A stretch of 34,641 nt of DNA from Lama guanicoe (lineage: Eukaryota), in the NCBI GenBank assembly GCA_013239625.1, contig MU053785.1:1-34641 (forward strand), in the 5' to 3' direction. The notes below the pieces were generated by a model. It saw nothing but the letters and a program-made list of their open reading frames with translations. It ran no database searches and was not told the DNA's origin. Positions 12,805 through 26,570 of the stretch are shown in pieces; position 1 is the first letter of the stretch, and every line of letters begins with the position of its first letter. The position numbers and the translations under genes are program-made.

Positions 12805-13002
12805 ATCGGGAGCTCCTCAGCCACAGCTCCCCTGGGCCGGGCCACCTGTGCTGGGGGCGGTCCAGTGCGCTGCACCCCGACCCAGACTCCCAGGATGCCC
12901 GCAGCCCCGCCACAACTCCTCTGGTTTTAACAGCCTGATGTGTCTCCAGACAATGCCAAACGTCTCCTGTGTGGCAAAATGGCCCTGGATTGAGAACTCC
13001 TG
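12805..13002 (-). mobile_element. MER20 (hAT-Charlie), GC-enriched copy
   Basis: tgtctccagacaatgccaaacgtc...ggcaaaatggccctggattgagaactcctg. Confidence 0.7.
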
Positions 13003-13199
13003 CCTTAGCCTCTCTGAAGGGAAGTCCACCTCCTCGCATTAACAACAGCCCAGCTGCCCCGGGGCCTTCCTCTTACAGACCTCTCAGTGGAGACGTTTTA
13101 TGTCAAACCCCACCTATCTCAGCGATCAGAAGTCAGTGGTGATCTCTGATCCCCACCCGCACTTTCAAATAGTTTGACTCCTTCAAACTGATCAGCTCC

Positions 13200-15060
13200 C
13201 TTGAAACTCTTGCCACTGGCGAGACCCCCTGCCATCCACAGCCTTCTTGTCCTCCTCTCCCCTTCACTAACCCTTCACCCCCTGACTCACTGCCCTCGTT
13301 TCCACCTCGATTCCTCTCATCCTTGTCACAGACACTCAGGGAGATAACTCACCTGTGACCTTGAATCCTGCCTCCTGAGCTTCCTCCACCCCCCGCAGGG
13401 ACCCGCCCCAGTGATACTACCAGTACCCACACCAACGTCCAAGGCCACTCCCACCCTCCAGGGCTCGCCAACCCCCTCAGAGTAAAGCCCTGACTGAGGA
13501 GCACCCCTGCTGCCCTGCACCTCCTGCCCCGCCCACTCCAGGCTCCCCTGCCGGCCTCCTCCTCCTCCAGCACCCTGACTCCCCCACCTCGGAGCTTCTG
13601 CATCAGAACACTCTTCCCCAAATACCTGAATGACCCACTCACCCATTGTCACTTCATTCATGCATCTGCTCAGTCGTCACTGCCCGAGAGGACGTCCTGA
13701 CCACTCTGTCACCCTTTCCCCCTTACTTGCCTTCACCCTGCAAAGAGCTCGTCCCTTGAGTTTAGGTCCATCTGGGGCCGACTCCTTCCCATGGAGGGAG
13801 ACCCTGTTTTAGCAGATGCACTTAATTTTATGAAAAATCTCCCGGAGCCCACATCCCTCCCTACTCCCAGCTACTGTCCCATTTCCTAGTTTCCTTTACA
13901 TCAAAACTACCAGCTAGATCATCAAAAAGTCTACAAATAAATATTGATGAAAATGTGGAATAAAGGGAACCCTCATACACTGTAGGTGGGAATGTAAACT
14001 GGTGCAGCCACAATGAAAAACAGCATGGAGATTCCTTAAAAAACTAAAAATAGAACCACTCACTATATGATCCAGAAATTCCACTCCTGAGTTTATAACC
14101 AGAAAAAAACAGAAACTCTAATTCTAAAAGGTAACATGCATCCCAATGTTCACAGCCACACTATTTACAACAGCCAAGACATGGAAACAGCCTAAATGTC
14201 CATTGTCAGATGACTGGACAAAGAAGATGTGGTGTATACACACACACACACACAATAGAATATTACTCAGCCATAAGAAAGAATGAAATATTGCACTTGC
14301 AGCAATGTGGATAAGCCTAGAGAATAATTTATGCATAGTGAAATAAGTCGGACATTGAGAAAAGAGAAACACAAATACTGTATGATATCAGTCAGATGAG
14401 GAATCTAAAAAATAATACAAATGAGTGTATATAAAACAGAAACAGACTCACAGACATAGAAAACAAATGTGTGCTTACCACATAGTGGGGGGGGGCAAAT
14501 TAGGGGCATGGGGTAACAGATACAAGATACTATAAATAAAATAGATAAGCAACAGGGATTTACTGTAGAGCACAGGGAGTTATACCCAATTTCTTGTCAT
14601 AACCTATAATGGAGTACAACCTGCAAAAATACCAAATCGCTGTGCTGTACACCTGAAACTAACACAATATTGTAAATCAGCTATATCTCAGTTAGAGAAG
14701 ACGACTGGCTGGAATTACCTATACCTGCTACCTCGAGCCCCTCACTCCGGACCCAGCCCACTCTCATCTGACAAGTCTAATTTGACTTCCACCCCCACCA
14801 AAGCAACAGAAACTGGTAGCCAGCATTGTACCAAAAATACTTACGCCTTTATCTTACTCAATTTCTTAATCTCTCCAAGAACACTTTCCAGGCATCTTCC
14901 TGATGCTGCCCTCTGTTTTCTCTACCTCCCTGGCCACTATCTCTCAAGGCCCGTGTACTGGCTTCTCTATTAAATGTTAACATTTGAGTGCGTCTGAGCT
15001 CATCCTATGGCATTCTCCCCACTCTTCCCATATCCTCTCCTGTGGTCTCTCTCAGTCTAT
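13200..15060 (+). mobile_element. L2 fragments split by the L1 at 13919-14697
   Basis: C-rich decayed L2 on both sides of the L1 (ctactgtcccatttcc...; aagcaacagaaactg). Boundaries approximate. Confidence 0.5.
13919..14697 (+). mobile_element. L1 3' fragment inserted into an L2
   Basis: gtgggaatgtaaactggtgcagcc, ccaagacatggaaacagcctaaatgtcc, and 3' UTR ending ctgaaactaacacaatattgtaaatc. Confidence 0.9.
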
Positions 15061-15447
15061 ACTCCTCTCCCTAAAACTGGAAAAGCTTTTGTAACTGCAT
15101 CAACTACATGCAGCAGAAGCAACATGGTGCGTAGAAGGCATGAGGCAGCTCTGTGAAGATCCTCAAGGCTGTAGCATAGTGGCAGGAGGCCTGGGGAAGA
15201 AGATGAGAGTTCAAAAACCCACCAAACCAGCGGGAGATTTCTTCCCCCAGTATCCCTCAACCTGGACTCAAGGACCCAAAACCCAGAAGTGGGTATCAGC
15301 ACTGACTGGGAAAGAAAGCTTTAGGGGGCAATCTGGCAATGTGTGTCAATAATCTTAAAAATTTCACCCCTTGACCCAAAAATTCAACTTTGGAAAATCT
15401 ATCCTAGGTAAATATTCAGAGGTATATTCAAAAAGTGATGCATCACA

Positions 15448-15530
15448 GGATTATTGTGAAGATTAAATGAGATAATGCATGTAAAGTGCTTAGCACAGTT
15501 CCTGGTACTGTAATAAGTGGACAGTTATTA
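15448..15530 (+). mobile_element. MIR 3' fragment
   Basis: ttgtgaagattaaatgagataatgcatgtaaagtgcttagcacagttcctgg. Confidence 0.7.
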
Positions 15531-15599
15531 GGGAAAAAAAATGAAAGAAACTGAAATGTCCAACAATAATGACATAGATTTTTTTAAAGATAGCTGTAT

Positions 15600-15825
15600 A
15601 TATATATATGATGGAAGGATAAATTAGGAGTTTGAAATTTACAAATATTAACTACTATATATAAAAATCAATAAAAAAATTTTGTTCTGTATAGCACAAT
15701 TCAGTATTTTATATAATACCGTAAATGAAAATGAATATATGTATGTATGTGTATGATTGGGACATTAGGCTGTACACCAGATACTGAGATATTGTAACTG
15801 ACCATAGTTCAATTAAAAAAAAAAG
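15600..15825 (+). mobile_element. Short L1 3' end
   Basis: ggataaattaggagtttgaaattt...ctgtacaccag...ttcaattaaaaaaaaaa. Confidence 0.8.
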
Positions 15826-17859
15826 AATATATATTAATGATGGCCTACTATACAGCCATCAAGTCATGTTGTTATAGAAAGAACAACAACTTAATTAATG
15901 TAAACACATTGAATGTATGGAAAGGAATAAGAAAAGTAACACTCAACAGATATCACTGGAGAACACCAGTGCACCCACCAGTCATCACTGATAACAGAAT
16001 AAATGGGAAATAAATGAAGCATTTAATCTACCTTTCCTGGAATGAACTGTATTTTAGGGTATTAAAACATACCTAGTGATTAAAGAAGTTCACAGTACAG
16101 AAAAATTCCAGCCAAAAAATACGAAGAAATGACAATATTAGAAAATTGCAATCTGTAATGACTCGCTTAATGAATAGATGGGAAACCCATTAGAAAAAAG
16201 ATCAATTGAAAAATTTGCAAAGAAGAGATCAAACTGTCATCTCCAAACCCACAAGTCCTTCACAGAGTCAACACAACTGAGACAGGCAAACACAGTGAGC
16301 CTCTAGATGGGCGGGGTTATAAAGTCCACAGGGCTGCCCATCAAGCACATGTGCTGTCCCTCTGGGAAAAGCACGGGTCAAACCATGTCAGATTGGACCT
16401 AACCTCTCATCTCAGGTATCAGAGAGCTGTGTGAATGCGCTGATCAACAGGTAACACTAAACGAATTCTATACGCATTCAATACAATAATGAAGTTATGG
16501 CATATTCAAAGTACATTTTTGAGATGCAAATTTAAGTATTTGAGATTAAAATAACATGATGCCTGGAACTTGTCTCAAATTAGTTCATAAAAGAAGGGTG
16601 GCAGGTTGGGGGACAGAGGGAGACGAAGCTATTATGGCAACGATAACACTGATAATTCCTGAAGCTGGGTACATGGGACGTCATCATACTTCTACTTTTA
16701 TGTATGATCAAATTTTCACAATAAATATCTTAAATCATGCTACTAAAATGATTTAAGGACATGGAAAATGTGTCACAAGTGTTATGTGAAATAATCAAGA
16801 TTACAAAGCTCAGCAAGGCATGCTCCTGATTCTGCAAAAATAGCAGATGTGACTTCGCTTATTAAAGAGTCACACCACTGTGGTGAGAACATGGAAAGTT
16901 TTCCTTGTTTCTAGGACCTGCACACTAGCTGGACTGCACCGATCTCCCTTTCTGACCAGTGAATGTAGTTTGACTAGAGCAGGGGGAGTGGACAGAGACA
17001 TGACCTTCTGTTCTGCTTCCTACAGTTGATGGCCAGGGATTTAATTGGGGCACACAGGCCCTATCAGACATCAGATGTCCTGCATCTCAACTGGGGACAA
17101 TGGGCTGACCTAAGGCTTCTGAACCAAAGCTTACTTCTTAACTGAACAAACTAGCTGGCTGTGACCAGGAAACAGAGGCCCCCAGGTTCCCTCTGGCACC
17201 CCCTTCCCCACCCCACCACCCACCCCACACTGACAAGCAGTTCAGGGGGCCCCCCAAATCCTGGGCCTTCTACTCTGCTCCTTGGTCAAAGCACCTGTTT
17301 CTAGACTGGATGTGTCGATCACACTAACAAATGAAAATAATTGGCCCTAGAATATGAATAAGCATAACTTTTCTAAGTGCTCTGCTATTTAAACCATTTT
17401 ACTTCATATTTTCATTCATTACGTACTCAACATTTACAGAGCTCTTACTACATACAAAGCAGCATTAACAGGTTGGTATAAACTCCATAGGCACCCAGGA
17501 AGCACCTTCTGGTGAATCTATGACTCCAAGTATGTGGGCAGGAGAGGGGTGCAGCTTCTCAGGCTCTCCCTTCCTCCCAATAACAGAAGACCCAGTGGGA
17601 GGGGCAGTCTTTCTATTCTTCAAACCCAGCCTCCAAGTGTCATTTTATAAATTAGGAAATGCAGGCCCAGGAATGCTAGGTCACACTGTCTTTACCTAGG
17701 AAAGCTCATCTCACTAATCACATACATCACATACCTAATGGATGGCTGAAGAAATCTAGGGAAATTCTTTCTCTTTTTTTATAGAATGGTGTCCTTTCTG
17801 CCCATCCCTTTCCACTGTAAACATCTGTCACTAGACTCCATGAGGCCATCCAGGCAAAG

Positions 17860-18094
17860 CAGCGCAGCCTAGGCAACCAGGAGCTTAGGCTGTGGAGCCC
17901 CTGCTTGGGGCCTCCTGATGCTGCCACCGCCCCAGCTGTGGCCTCAGGCAACTGACTTGACCCCTCTTAAGCCTCAGTTTCCTTGCCTATACCTGGAATA
18001 ATTATCCTCACTGCCTCCTATGACAGTTTTTAAAATTAAATTAAATAATTTTTGTAATGGGCTTAACATAGTGCCCAGTAAATGTTACCTATTA
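17860..18094 (+). mobile_element. MIR
   Basis: gctgtggcctcaggcaactgacttgacccctcttaagcctcagtttcct...gcttaacatagtgccc. Confidence 0.7.
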
Positions 18095-18331
18095 CCTTTT
18101 TTTTTCCTCAAAGGCTCTGTACTTGGATAAATAAAAATTTGTCTCAATTTAATGGAAGTCATAAGTAAATAATGGAATCATAAGAATGTACCCAGAATCT
18201 AAAAGAAAAAATATAAGCAAGGTTAACACAGATTAAAATATCTTCAACCATCAAGTGTTTTTTTTTACATTTAGCGTATGTTAATTATATCAACAAGGTA
18301 AATATTTATGATTTTCCTAGCTACAATTCTT

Positions 18332-19035
18332 TTTTTTTAACATTTTTTATTGATTTATAATCATTTTACAATGTTGTGTCAAATTCCAGTGTTCAGCACA
18401 ATTTTTCAGTCATTCATGGACATATACACACTCATTGTCACATTTTTTTCTCTGTGATTTATCATAACATTTTGTGTATATTTCCCTGTGCTATACAGTG
18501 TAATCTTGTTTATCTATTCTACAGTTTTGAAATCCCAGTCTATCCCTTCCCACCCTCTACCCCCCTGGTAACCACAAGTCTGTATTCTCTGTCCATGAGT
18601 CTTTAGATTCCACATATGAGCGATCTCATATGGTATTTTTCTTTCTCTTTCTGGCTTACTTCACTTAGAATGACATTCTCTAGGAGCATCCATGTTGCTG
18701 CAAATGGCGTTATGTTGTCGGTTTTTATGGCTGAGTAGTATTCCATTGTATAAATATACCACATCTTCTTTATCCAGTCACCTGTTGATGGACATTTAGG
18801 CTGTTTCCATGTTTTGGCTATTGTAAATAGTGCTGCTATGAACATTGGAGTGCAGGTGTCATCCTGAAGTAGATTTCCTTCTGGATACAAGCCCAGGAGT
18901 GGGATTCCTGGGTCATATGGTAAGTCTATTCCTAGTCTTTTGAGGAATCTCCACACTGTTTTCCATAGTGGCTGCACCAAACTGCATTCCCACCAGCAGT
19001 GTAGGAGGGTTCCCCTTTCTCCACAGCCTCTCCAG
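18332..19035 (-). mobile_element. Young 5'-truncated L1 (ORF2 C-terminus and 3' UTR)
   Basis: Open ORF2 end at 18603-18980 ([13 protein letters not shown]...YTMEYYSAIK), poly-T at left, perfect 16-bp TSD cctagctacaattctt at 18316-18331 and 19036-19051. Confidence 0.95.
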
Positions 19036-19260
19036 CCTAGCTACAATTCTTAACTTCAGTTTAAAAAAAGATGCTTTCATTGTCTGTTTTACTATTTTAT
19101 TAAATTAATGATAAAATCATATTCACCCAATGACAGTCAGGGAACTTACTAATCATTAATGCTCTCCAATTATTTCTGCACTAATTCCCTCTCCCTCCTC
19201 CCACATACACTTACACACTAATAACTTTAGCACGTGGAATCGCTTTGCAGGCTTAAGCTA

Positions 19261-19574
19261 CAGTTGTCCCACAGCATCTGTGGCGGATTTGTTCCAGGAC
19301 CCCCTCAGATATCAAAATCTGCAGATGCTAAGTCCCTTATATCAAATGGCTTAGTATTTGCATATTACCTATACGCATCCTCCCTTATACTTTAAATCAT
19401 CTCTGGATTACTTATAATACCCAATACAATGCAAATGCTCTGTAAATAGTTGCTGGACCCAGCAAATTTAAGTTTTGCTTTTTGGAACTTTCTGGATTTT
19501 TTGTTTTTAATTTTTGACCTGCCGTTGGTTGAACTGGTGGATACAGAGAACCTGTAGATACAAAGGGCCGACTA
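19261..19574 (+). mobile_element. MER2/MER2B-like Tigger DNA transposon
   Basis: ttccaggacccc...tactttaaatcatctct...ttttgctttttggaactttc; termini cagttgtccc and gggccgact flanked by TA. Confidence 0.85.
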
Positions 19575-19871
19575 TATCCATATCTATAAATACTCCTCTA
19601 GCACTGGTAAGCAAACATCACAGGGCTAGATAAACATAGAAACAACAGCCAGGGGACAATCTGAAAGGACTATTTACCATCACAACACACACAGTGATCT
19701 TGCACAATGAAGTAAAATCATCAGTCCCTACAATGGAGTGCTGTCGGGTAAGGAAGCCGTGACATTATATAAAGCAAGAAACCTTCTATATGAATAGAAC
19801 TATACAATGAAAAAGACATATCCACAACTATTGTCAGCTTTGTAAAGCAGAGCAAGAGTTTATCATCATGA

Positions 19872-20499
19872 ATTCATATGGACTCGAGTGTTCACAGCAG
19901 CACTATTTACAATAACCAAGGCATGGAAACAATCCAAATGTTCATCAACAGATGACTGGATAAAGAAGTTGTAGTATATTTACACAATAGAATACTACTC
20001 TGTCATAAAAAGTAATAAAATAATACCATTTGCAGCAGCATGGATGGACCTGGAGATCGTCATTCTAAGTGAAGTAAGCCAGAAAGAGAAAGAAAAATAC
20101 CATATGGTATTACTCGTATGTGGAATCTTAAAAAAAAAAGACACAAAATAACTTATTTATAAAATAGAAACAGACTCATAGACATAGAAAACAAACCTAT
20201 GGTTACCAGAGGGGAAAGGGGGTGGGAAGGGATAAATTCGGAGTTGGAGATTTGCACATACTAACTACTACATGTAAAATAGATAAACAACAAGTTTCTT
20301 CTGGATAGCACAGGGAACTGTATTCAATATCTTAAGGTAACCTACAGTGAAAAAGAACATGAAAATGAATATATGTATGTATAAATATGCCTGAAACATT
20401 ACACTGTACACCAGAAATTGATAAACATTGTAAACTGACTATACTTAAATAAAAAGATGAATATTTCTAAATCCCCAAAAAAGCAAACCAAAAAAATAA
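19872..20499 (+). mobile_element. 5'-truncated L1 3' end
   Basis: ORF2 end (cacagcagcactatttacaata; gactggataaagaag), 3' UTR and A-rich tail. 18-bp TSD aaga(g/a)tttatcatcatga at 19854-19871 and 20500-20517. Confidence 0.9.
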
Positions 20500-22586
20500 A
20501 AGAATTTATCATCATGATTTCAAAGAAACCAAATGAGGAATGAAAAGATTCTAGAATCTGCCTGATGTCATAGACTTGGCAGCACCAAAACTGGACACGT
20601 ACTCTGCTCTCCTAATTTTTATTCTAAGCATCTCCCACTTCTGTGTGGGCCAGCACCTCTGGGAAAACTTCTGACCAACATTCTGTTCTAAGATATAAAA
20701 GAGACCACAAGGTCTGTGCCCTGCAGGGGCTAACAACTAATCACACTGACCAAAGCTCAAGAAGGAATACTTTTAAGTGCATTCTATTCAGAACATACTA
20801 TCTTAATTAAACATCTTTAGTGGAACTGGGGGGCAGGACATAGCAAAGACAAGATATAACCAAGCTCTTAGGGGTCATCATGTGCCGAATAATCTCCTGG
20901 GTTCACCAAAGGATATCATCCTGAGGAAAACATGCTCCCTGTCCTTAACTAATGACAATATAATAGGCCAACGCAGGCAGGACACTCTTGTAGAAGAGAT
21001 GTAGACAGAGTATGGGCTCCTGACGAGTGATAACACAGAGCAGGGAGAGTCCCTGGCTCCTTCTCTGTCTACTGGAGACTATAAAGTGTCCAAACAGGAA
21101 GAGAAACTTTCCATACTGATACTAGCTCTTGGAGACAACAGGAGACCTCTTTTCCCACTAGCCTTGATGATACATGCAACTTTTCTGTTTTCATTGGACC
21201 CAAATACTAACAATTGTTTGTTGTTATTAGGATTAATGACTCAGTGACAATCCACCACTTAATTTCCAGTATTTTAGAGCCAGAAACCTTAGAGATTATT
21301 TGGCTTAATACTCTAATTTTTCCTGCAAAGAAATCAAGAGCCAAATACTTAGGTAACATGTCCCAGCTCATACACGGGGGAAGGTTAGGTGTGAGTTTTG
21401 GGTTATTTTATGTACCATAATATCATTAATTTGTAATAGTCTGTTTTCAATTTATACTTTAACAGCCTAGAAACATATAGTGGATATTTTTTCCTTTTGG
21501 ATATTTTTTAATGGTTGAAGGATGAATATAATTGCTATATTTTGAAAGGTATCAATATAAGTTTTTATTTCTACAGGCCACATCTCTTATGCAAAATGAA
21601 TTAAATAAGTCTCATTATGTTAATTTTTTCTGATATCATAGCTCAGACATATCTATTTAATAAATTTCTCTTGAAATCCTATATTATCTACCAATTTAAA
21701 TCATAAGAGGAAATGCAGTTGACCAGCAAATCCAGAGTTAGACATTAATGATGATTCCTTAAGTTCATGATGTAGAGAATAGAGAGAGATCACATATTAT
21801 GTATCATCATATACTGATGGCCTATGCTGGATAAATAATAAAAACAGACAAGGCCAATTACAATCACATGGAAATTAACATGTCTAATGTCAGATCCAAA
21901 GCGCTGCAAGTTTTACAGTGGAAGAGTGGCTCTTATGAGAATAAACATTTGGCAATTTCTCAAGAAAAGAAGGCGAGTGAGTGGTCAGATGGCTGGATGG
22001 GTCATGGGAGGAGCAAGGACCCAAGTGGGCCCCACCTGCAGAGATGACACCCACAGCTCAGGAAGGGACTCAGCACAAGGGGCCAAGCTCCCTGCTTCCC
22101 AGGGCTCAGAACCCACTGGGCCCGTGGCTGGTGCTGATCCAGACACTCTTACAGCAACACTCCCACACTCGGGCTCAAAACTCCAGAGAAAGAAGGAAGC
22201 CTTAGATATTTTAAACTTATAAAATGCAGATGGGGTACAGATGTGCTGGTTTCCTTAGTCCTTAATAGTAAGTGACCATAATGTATCTTCATAATAGTTT
22301 TGAAGAAGGTGACTGCTCTGTCTGATGAAGCAGGACTCACATGTGTTGCATTTTTTTCTTTTACCTGAACTAAGAATATGGAGAAAAAGTAGCAAAAAAA
22401 GTGTTCAAAATCAATTACAATAAAACATCACACAGCGACAGAGCATTCAAAAAGTGACCTGATAGAGAGAGCTCTGACTACAGTCACTATACAGTCACTA
22501 CTAAAATTTGTATAAATTTAAAGTTCAATTTTGGCATCCATGAAGGCTTTTTTGGGGGGAGAAGAAAAGAAACCGTGAAACTTCAA

Positions 22587-22781
22587 CTGTATATAAAATA
22601 GAGAAACAACAAGTTTCTTCTGTACATCACAGGGAACTATACTCAATATCTTGTAATAATGTATAATAAAAAAGAATATGAAAACAAATATATGTGTACA
22701 TATATATGACTAAAGCATTATGCTGTACACCAGAAATTGACACAACATTGTAGACTGACTATAACCCAATAAAAAAGAAAG
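22587..22781 (+). mobile_element. Short L1 3' end
   Basis: cacagggaactatactcaatatc...ctgtacaccagaaattgacacaacattg; degenerate TSD aagaa....tgaaacttcaa on both sides. Confidence 0.8.
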
Positions 22782-23263
22782 AAGAATCTATGAAACTTCA
22801 ATTGATCAAGGACTAAAACATGACAAGAACAAGCTGAGAAATTTACTCTAAAGAATCTAATAAAATTGCCCAAAGAATATCCTAGAACATATGTGACAAT
22901 GACAAACAACCCCTCTCAGGACCTATGTTAGATGATGGATTTCTCCAGTAATTTCTTCAAAAATCATGAAATAAATCAAAGTTCAAAGAAAACAATATAA
23001 AAATGTCAAAAGGAAAATGCCTTTAAAAACTTCATGTCAATCTATTATGTTAAATCCATAAAAGCAAGTCTAATAAATGTCAGCTTTAAAATACCTCTGA
23101 GTGAAGGGTTTTCCACAAATTTAAAGCAGTCTCGTAAAAGGAATGAGACACACTGACCATAGTTGCCACTCAACTTTTGAACTCAAACATCAGATTGACT
23201 CTTGCAGTTGGAAGGAAAGTCAGTGGTCAAGTTCAGCCTCTCCAGGGTTGTGGTCACCTCATA

Positions 23264-23312
23264 GATCTCCAGCCAGTCTCTGAACATCTCCAATCAGTCT
23301 CTGAACATCTCC
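23264..23312. repeat. 21-bp tandem duplication (atctccannCAGTCTCTGAAC, about 2.3 copies)
   Basis: atctccagccagtctctgaac atctccaatcagtctctgaac atctcca. Confidence 0.85.
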
Positions 23313-23459
23313 AGTGAATAGTGCAATCACTCCAACTGGGACCAGCCATTCCAAGGCTGGACACCCTAGGATGGATGCCTCCCTTATGCTGCATTGAATC
23401 ACAAACTGTTAGCAAATCCATCACCTCCATCCTGAACACATTCAATCTTCTGCTTGAAC

Positions 23460-24020
23460 ATAAATCTCAGGTTTAAAATTTGTCCTGGTAGTTAATGGAG
23501 AGCCATAGAATAATTCTGAGAAGAATGTTAAAAATCTACCTGGAAAGGAGGAGATGAGGTTTTTGTTTTTGTTTTAATTTTGGAGGTAAATTTTAACAGG
23601 AAATTAGTGAAATTGCCTAGCTGGATACAAGAATGAAATGTGAGGAACTTACTAAGTTGTACACATCCCAGGTTTTTGGCAGAAGAGACTGGGTAAAGGA
23701 TTGTGCAGACACTATTACCATCCACCAGGGCAGGCAATGAACAGGGGAGCAGAGTGGGATTGGAGAAAAGGGAAGTTCAGTTTGGATCACGTCCCATACC
23801 CATACAGAGAATTTTAAAAAGCAACAGGAAATTTGAGTCTGGAATTCAGAGAGATCTGAGCCAGAAATTTGAATCTGGAGTCATAAAAACACAAGGAAAG
23901 GGTTCCTGAGGATAGATGTTAAGACGGACTAAGCATGAAGCTTAGGGGAAGTGGTATTTAGTTAACAAGGGTCAGGTGGAAGAAAAGGATGAAAAGAAGA
24001 TACATAAAAGCCAGCCCAAA
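23460..24020 (-). mobile_element. L2 fragment
   Basis: aatggagagccatagaataattctgagaag, gttcagtttggatcacg, aaatttgaatctggagtcat. Confidence 0.55.
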
Positions 24021-24384
24021 ATATAGAAGGTAAGCCAGAGAGAAATAAGTAACAGAAACCAAGAAATTAGTGTTTCTCTATTTGGACTAAATATACATTT
24101 GTTTAAATGATGCTTTTGAAGAATTTTAAATAATTAGAGATTTTTATTAATGTTGAGTGTAAAACACAACCTACTAAATTAAAATATAAATAATGTTTCT
24201 GGATTTTAGGATTATAGCTCCCCCAAAAGGGCACAGCTTCACAAAAACTGATCCTACATAAGGTCAAAAAGAAAGCCACAGTAATTTCAAAAGATTCTAC
24301 AAAGTGTATACTAACTTCTCTGATTGTTTCAATTATTTTGCTGTAAACAAATAAAAATTTTGCTTTTAAAATCTCATATGACTA

Positions 24385-25170
24385 TTGTGATATTGTGATT
24401 TATAATGAGAAATATGTGTTTGGTCTTTGACCAATTTCTGGAACAGATCTCCTAAACCTTTGGAATTTCATAAGTGATTGAAGTAAAAAAAGGTGTCTTG
24501 ATATTCATAACAAGCTACACCTGAGTTTATGTTAATGCGGTGACTTGCAGATAGCATCTAAGGATGGGGTTGGTGGTCAGGGGGAACCAACTGAGTTATT
24601 AGAGAGTTGGAACTTTCAGTCCCACCCCTGACCTCCAGGGAGAGGAGAGAAGAGCTGGCGACTGAGTTCAATCATCAATGGCAATGATTTCATCAGTCAA
24701 GCCTGTGTAATGAAGCCTCCATAAAAACCCAGAAGGTTGAGTTTCAGAGAGCTTCTGGGTCAGTGAACACGTGGAGATTCAGGGAGAGTGGCACACAGGA
24801 GCTCCACACCCATTCCCCATACCTTGCCCTGTGCATTTCTTCCATTTAACTATTCCTGAGTTATATCATTGTATAATAAAATGGTAATCTGGTGATTGAA
24901 ATGTTTCTCTGAGTCCTATGAGCTTCTCTAGAGAATTAATGAAACCCATGGAGGGGACTGTTGGAACCTATAAGCTGCTCAGTCACAACTTTTGATTGGT
25001 ATATGAGAGCGGGCAGTCTTGCAGGACTGAGCCCTTCATCTGTGGACTCCAACACTATCTCCACATAAACACTGTCTGAACTGAGTTGAATTGTAAACAC
25101 CCAGCTGGTGTCACAGAGAATTGCTCACTGGTGTGGGGAGAAATCCCTAACATCTCAATTAGTGTTAGAC
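24385..25170 (+). mobile_element. Solo LTR, MER21-like (ERVL)
   Basis: ggaactttcagtcccacccctgacctccagggagaggaga, aatggcaatgatttcatcagtc, gtaatgaagcctccataaaaaccc, tttctctgagtcctatgagc. Confidence 0.75.
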
Positions 25171-25259
25171 TCTTTTAACTATGACGTATAGGTACTATTA
25201 ACTAACATTTAGGTTTAAAAATATTCATAAGGGAGATCATATAATTCTTACCACTGAAA

Positions 25260-25610
25260 GACACTGAAAACATTTCTTTACCCTCAAAATAACTAGAAAT
25301 AATACAAAAATAAAATACCATTCCCATGAGCAATGAAACATACGAAGTACCTAGAAACTAGCTCAGCAAAGAAAACACAAACCTTCTTTAAAGAAGTCTA
25401 AAACTCTAAAACTCTATTAAAAAGACATAAAAGGTGATCTGAACAAATGGAGATCTTTCATAAAGGAGATCTTGGATAATATTATTATAATGCTTATAGT
25501 CCTCAATATCATTTACAAATGTAATAAATTGAACAGCATCAGGATTTTTTAAATAAACTTAACCACTTATTTTAAATTTATATAGAAGACTGCAAGGTCC
25601 ATCAAGAATT
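25260..25610 (+). mobile_element. Old L1 ORF2 fragment
   Basis: A-rich decayed ORF2 motifs (aaaataccattc, ctgaacaaatggaga, aaatttatatagaag). Confidence 0.55.
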
Positions 25611-25629
25611 AAGTCTTAATGATGTTGAA

Positions 25630-26570
25630 ACTTTGAAAACTCCCAGTTTATCCCTCCCCTCAACACTTTTCCATTTGGTAACCATAGTTTATTTGCTATG
25701 TCTGTGAGTTCAACTCTAGTTTGTAAAAATTTCATTTTTGTCATTATTTTTTGATATCACATATATATGATATATGGCATTTGTCTGTCTCTGTCAGATG
25801 TAATTCACTTAACATAATAATCTCTAGGTCTATTCATGTTGTTGCAAAAGGTGTAATCTCATTTTTTAAAGGCTGAGTCATATTCCATTGTGTATTTATA
25901 TACCACATCTTCTTTATCTAGTCATCTGTTCATGGACATTTATCCTGCTTCCATATCTTGGTTATTGTAAATAGTGCGGCTAGGATCACTGGGGTGCATA
26001 CATCTTTTCATGTTATGGTTTTACTCAAATATATGTCCAGGAGTGGCATTGCTCAATCATACAGGAACTCTCTTTTTAGTTTTTTGGGGGAACTTCCATA
26101 TTATTCTACATATTGGCTGCACCAGTTTACATTACCCACAACAGTGTAGGAGGGTCCCCTTTTTCTCCATACTCTCCCCAGCATTTATTCTTTGTAGACT
26201 TGTAAGGATGGCCATTCTGACTGATGTGAAGTGGTATCTCATTGTAGTTTTGATTTGAATTTCTGATAATCAGAGATATTGAGCATCTTTTTATGTACCT
26301 GTTGGCCAGCTGTCTGTCTTCCTAGAGAAATGTCTATTTAGATTTTCTGCCCATTTTTGATTGGGTTGGTTGTTTTCTTTTAAATCATGTTATATGTGCT
26401 GTTTGTATATTTTGAAATTTAATCCCTTGTCAGTCTCATCATTTGCAAATGTGTTCTCCCATTCTGTACATTGTCTTTTCATTTTGTTTTTGGATTCATT
26501 TGCTGTACATAATCTTTTAAGTTTAATTAGGTCCCACTTGCTTATTTTTGCTTTTATTTCCATTACACTA
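25630..26570 (-). mobile_element. L1 ORF2 3' region and 3' UTR, decayed
   Basis: ggctgcaccagtttacattacccacaacagtgtaggaggg, gtggtatctcattgtagttttgatttg, ttaattaggtccca. Confidence 0.9.

Noticed and set aside
21640..21900. Possible ancient LINE reverse-transcriptase remnant (YxDD-like on the minus strand)
   Set aside because: Too degenerate to support without a profile search.
23264..23312. CRISPR-like or coding repeat (WRCSET twice)
   Set aside because: A simple head-to-tail 21-bp duplication without spacers, in eukaryotic DNA.
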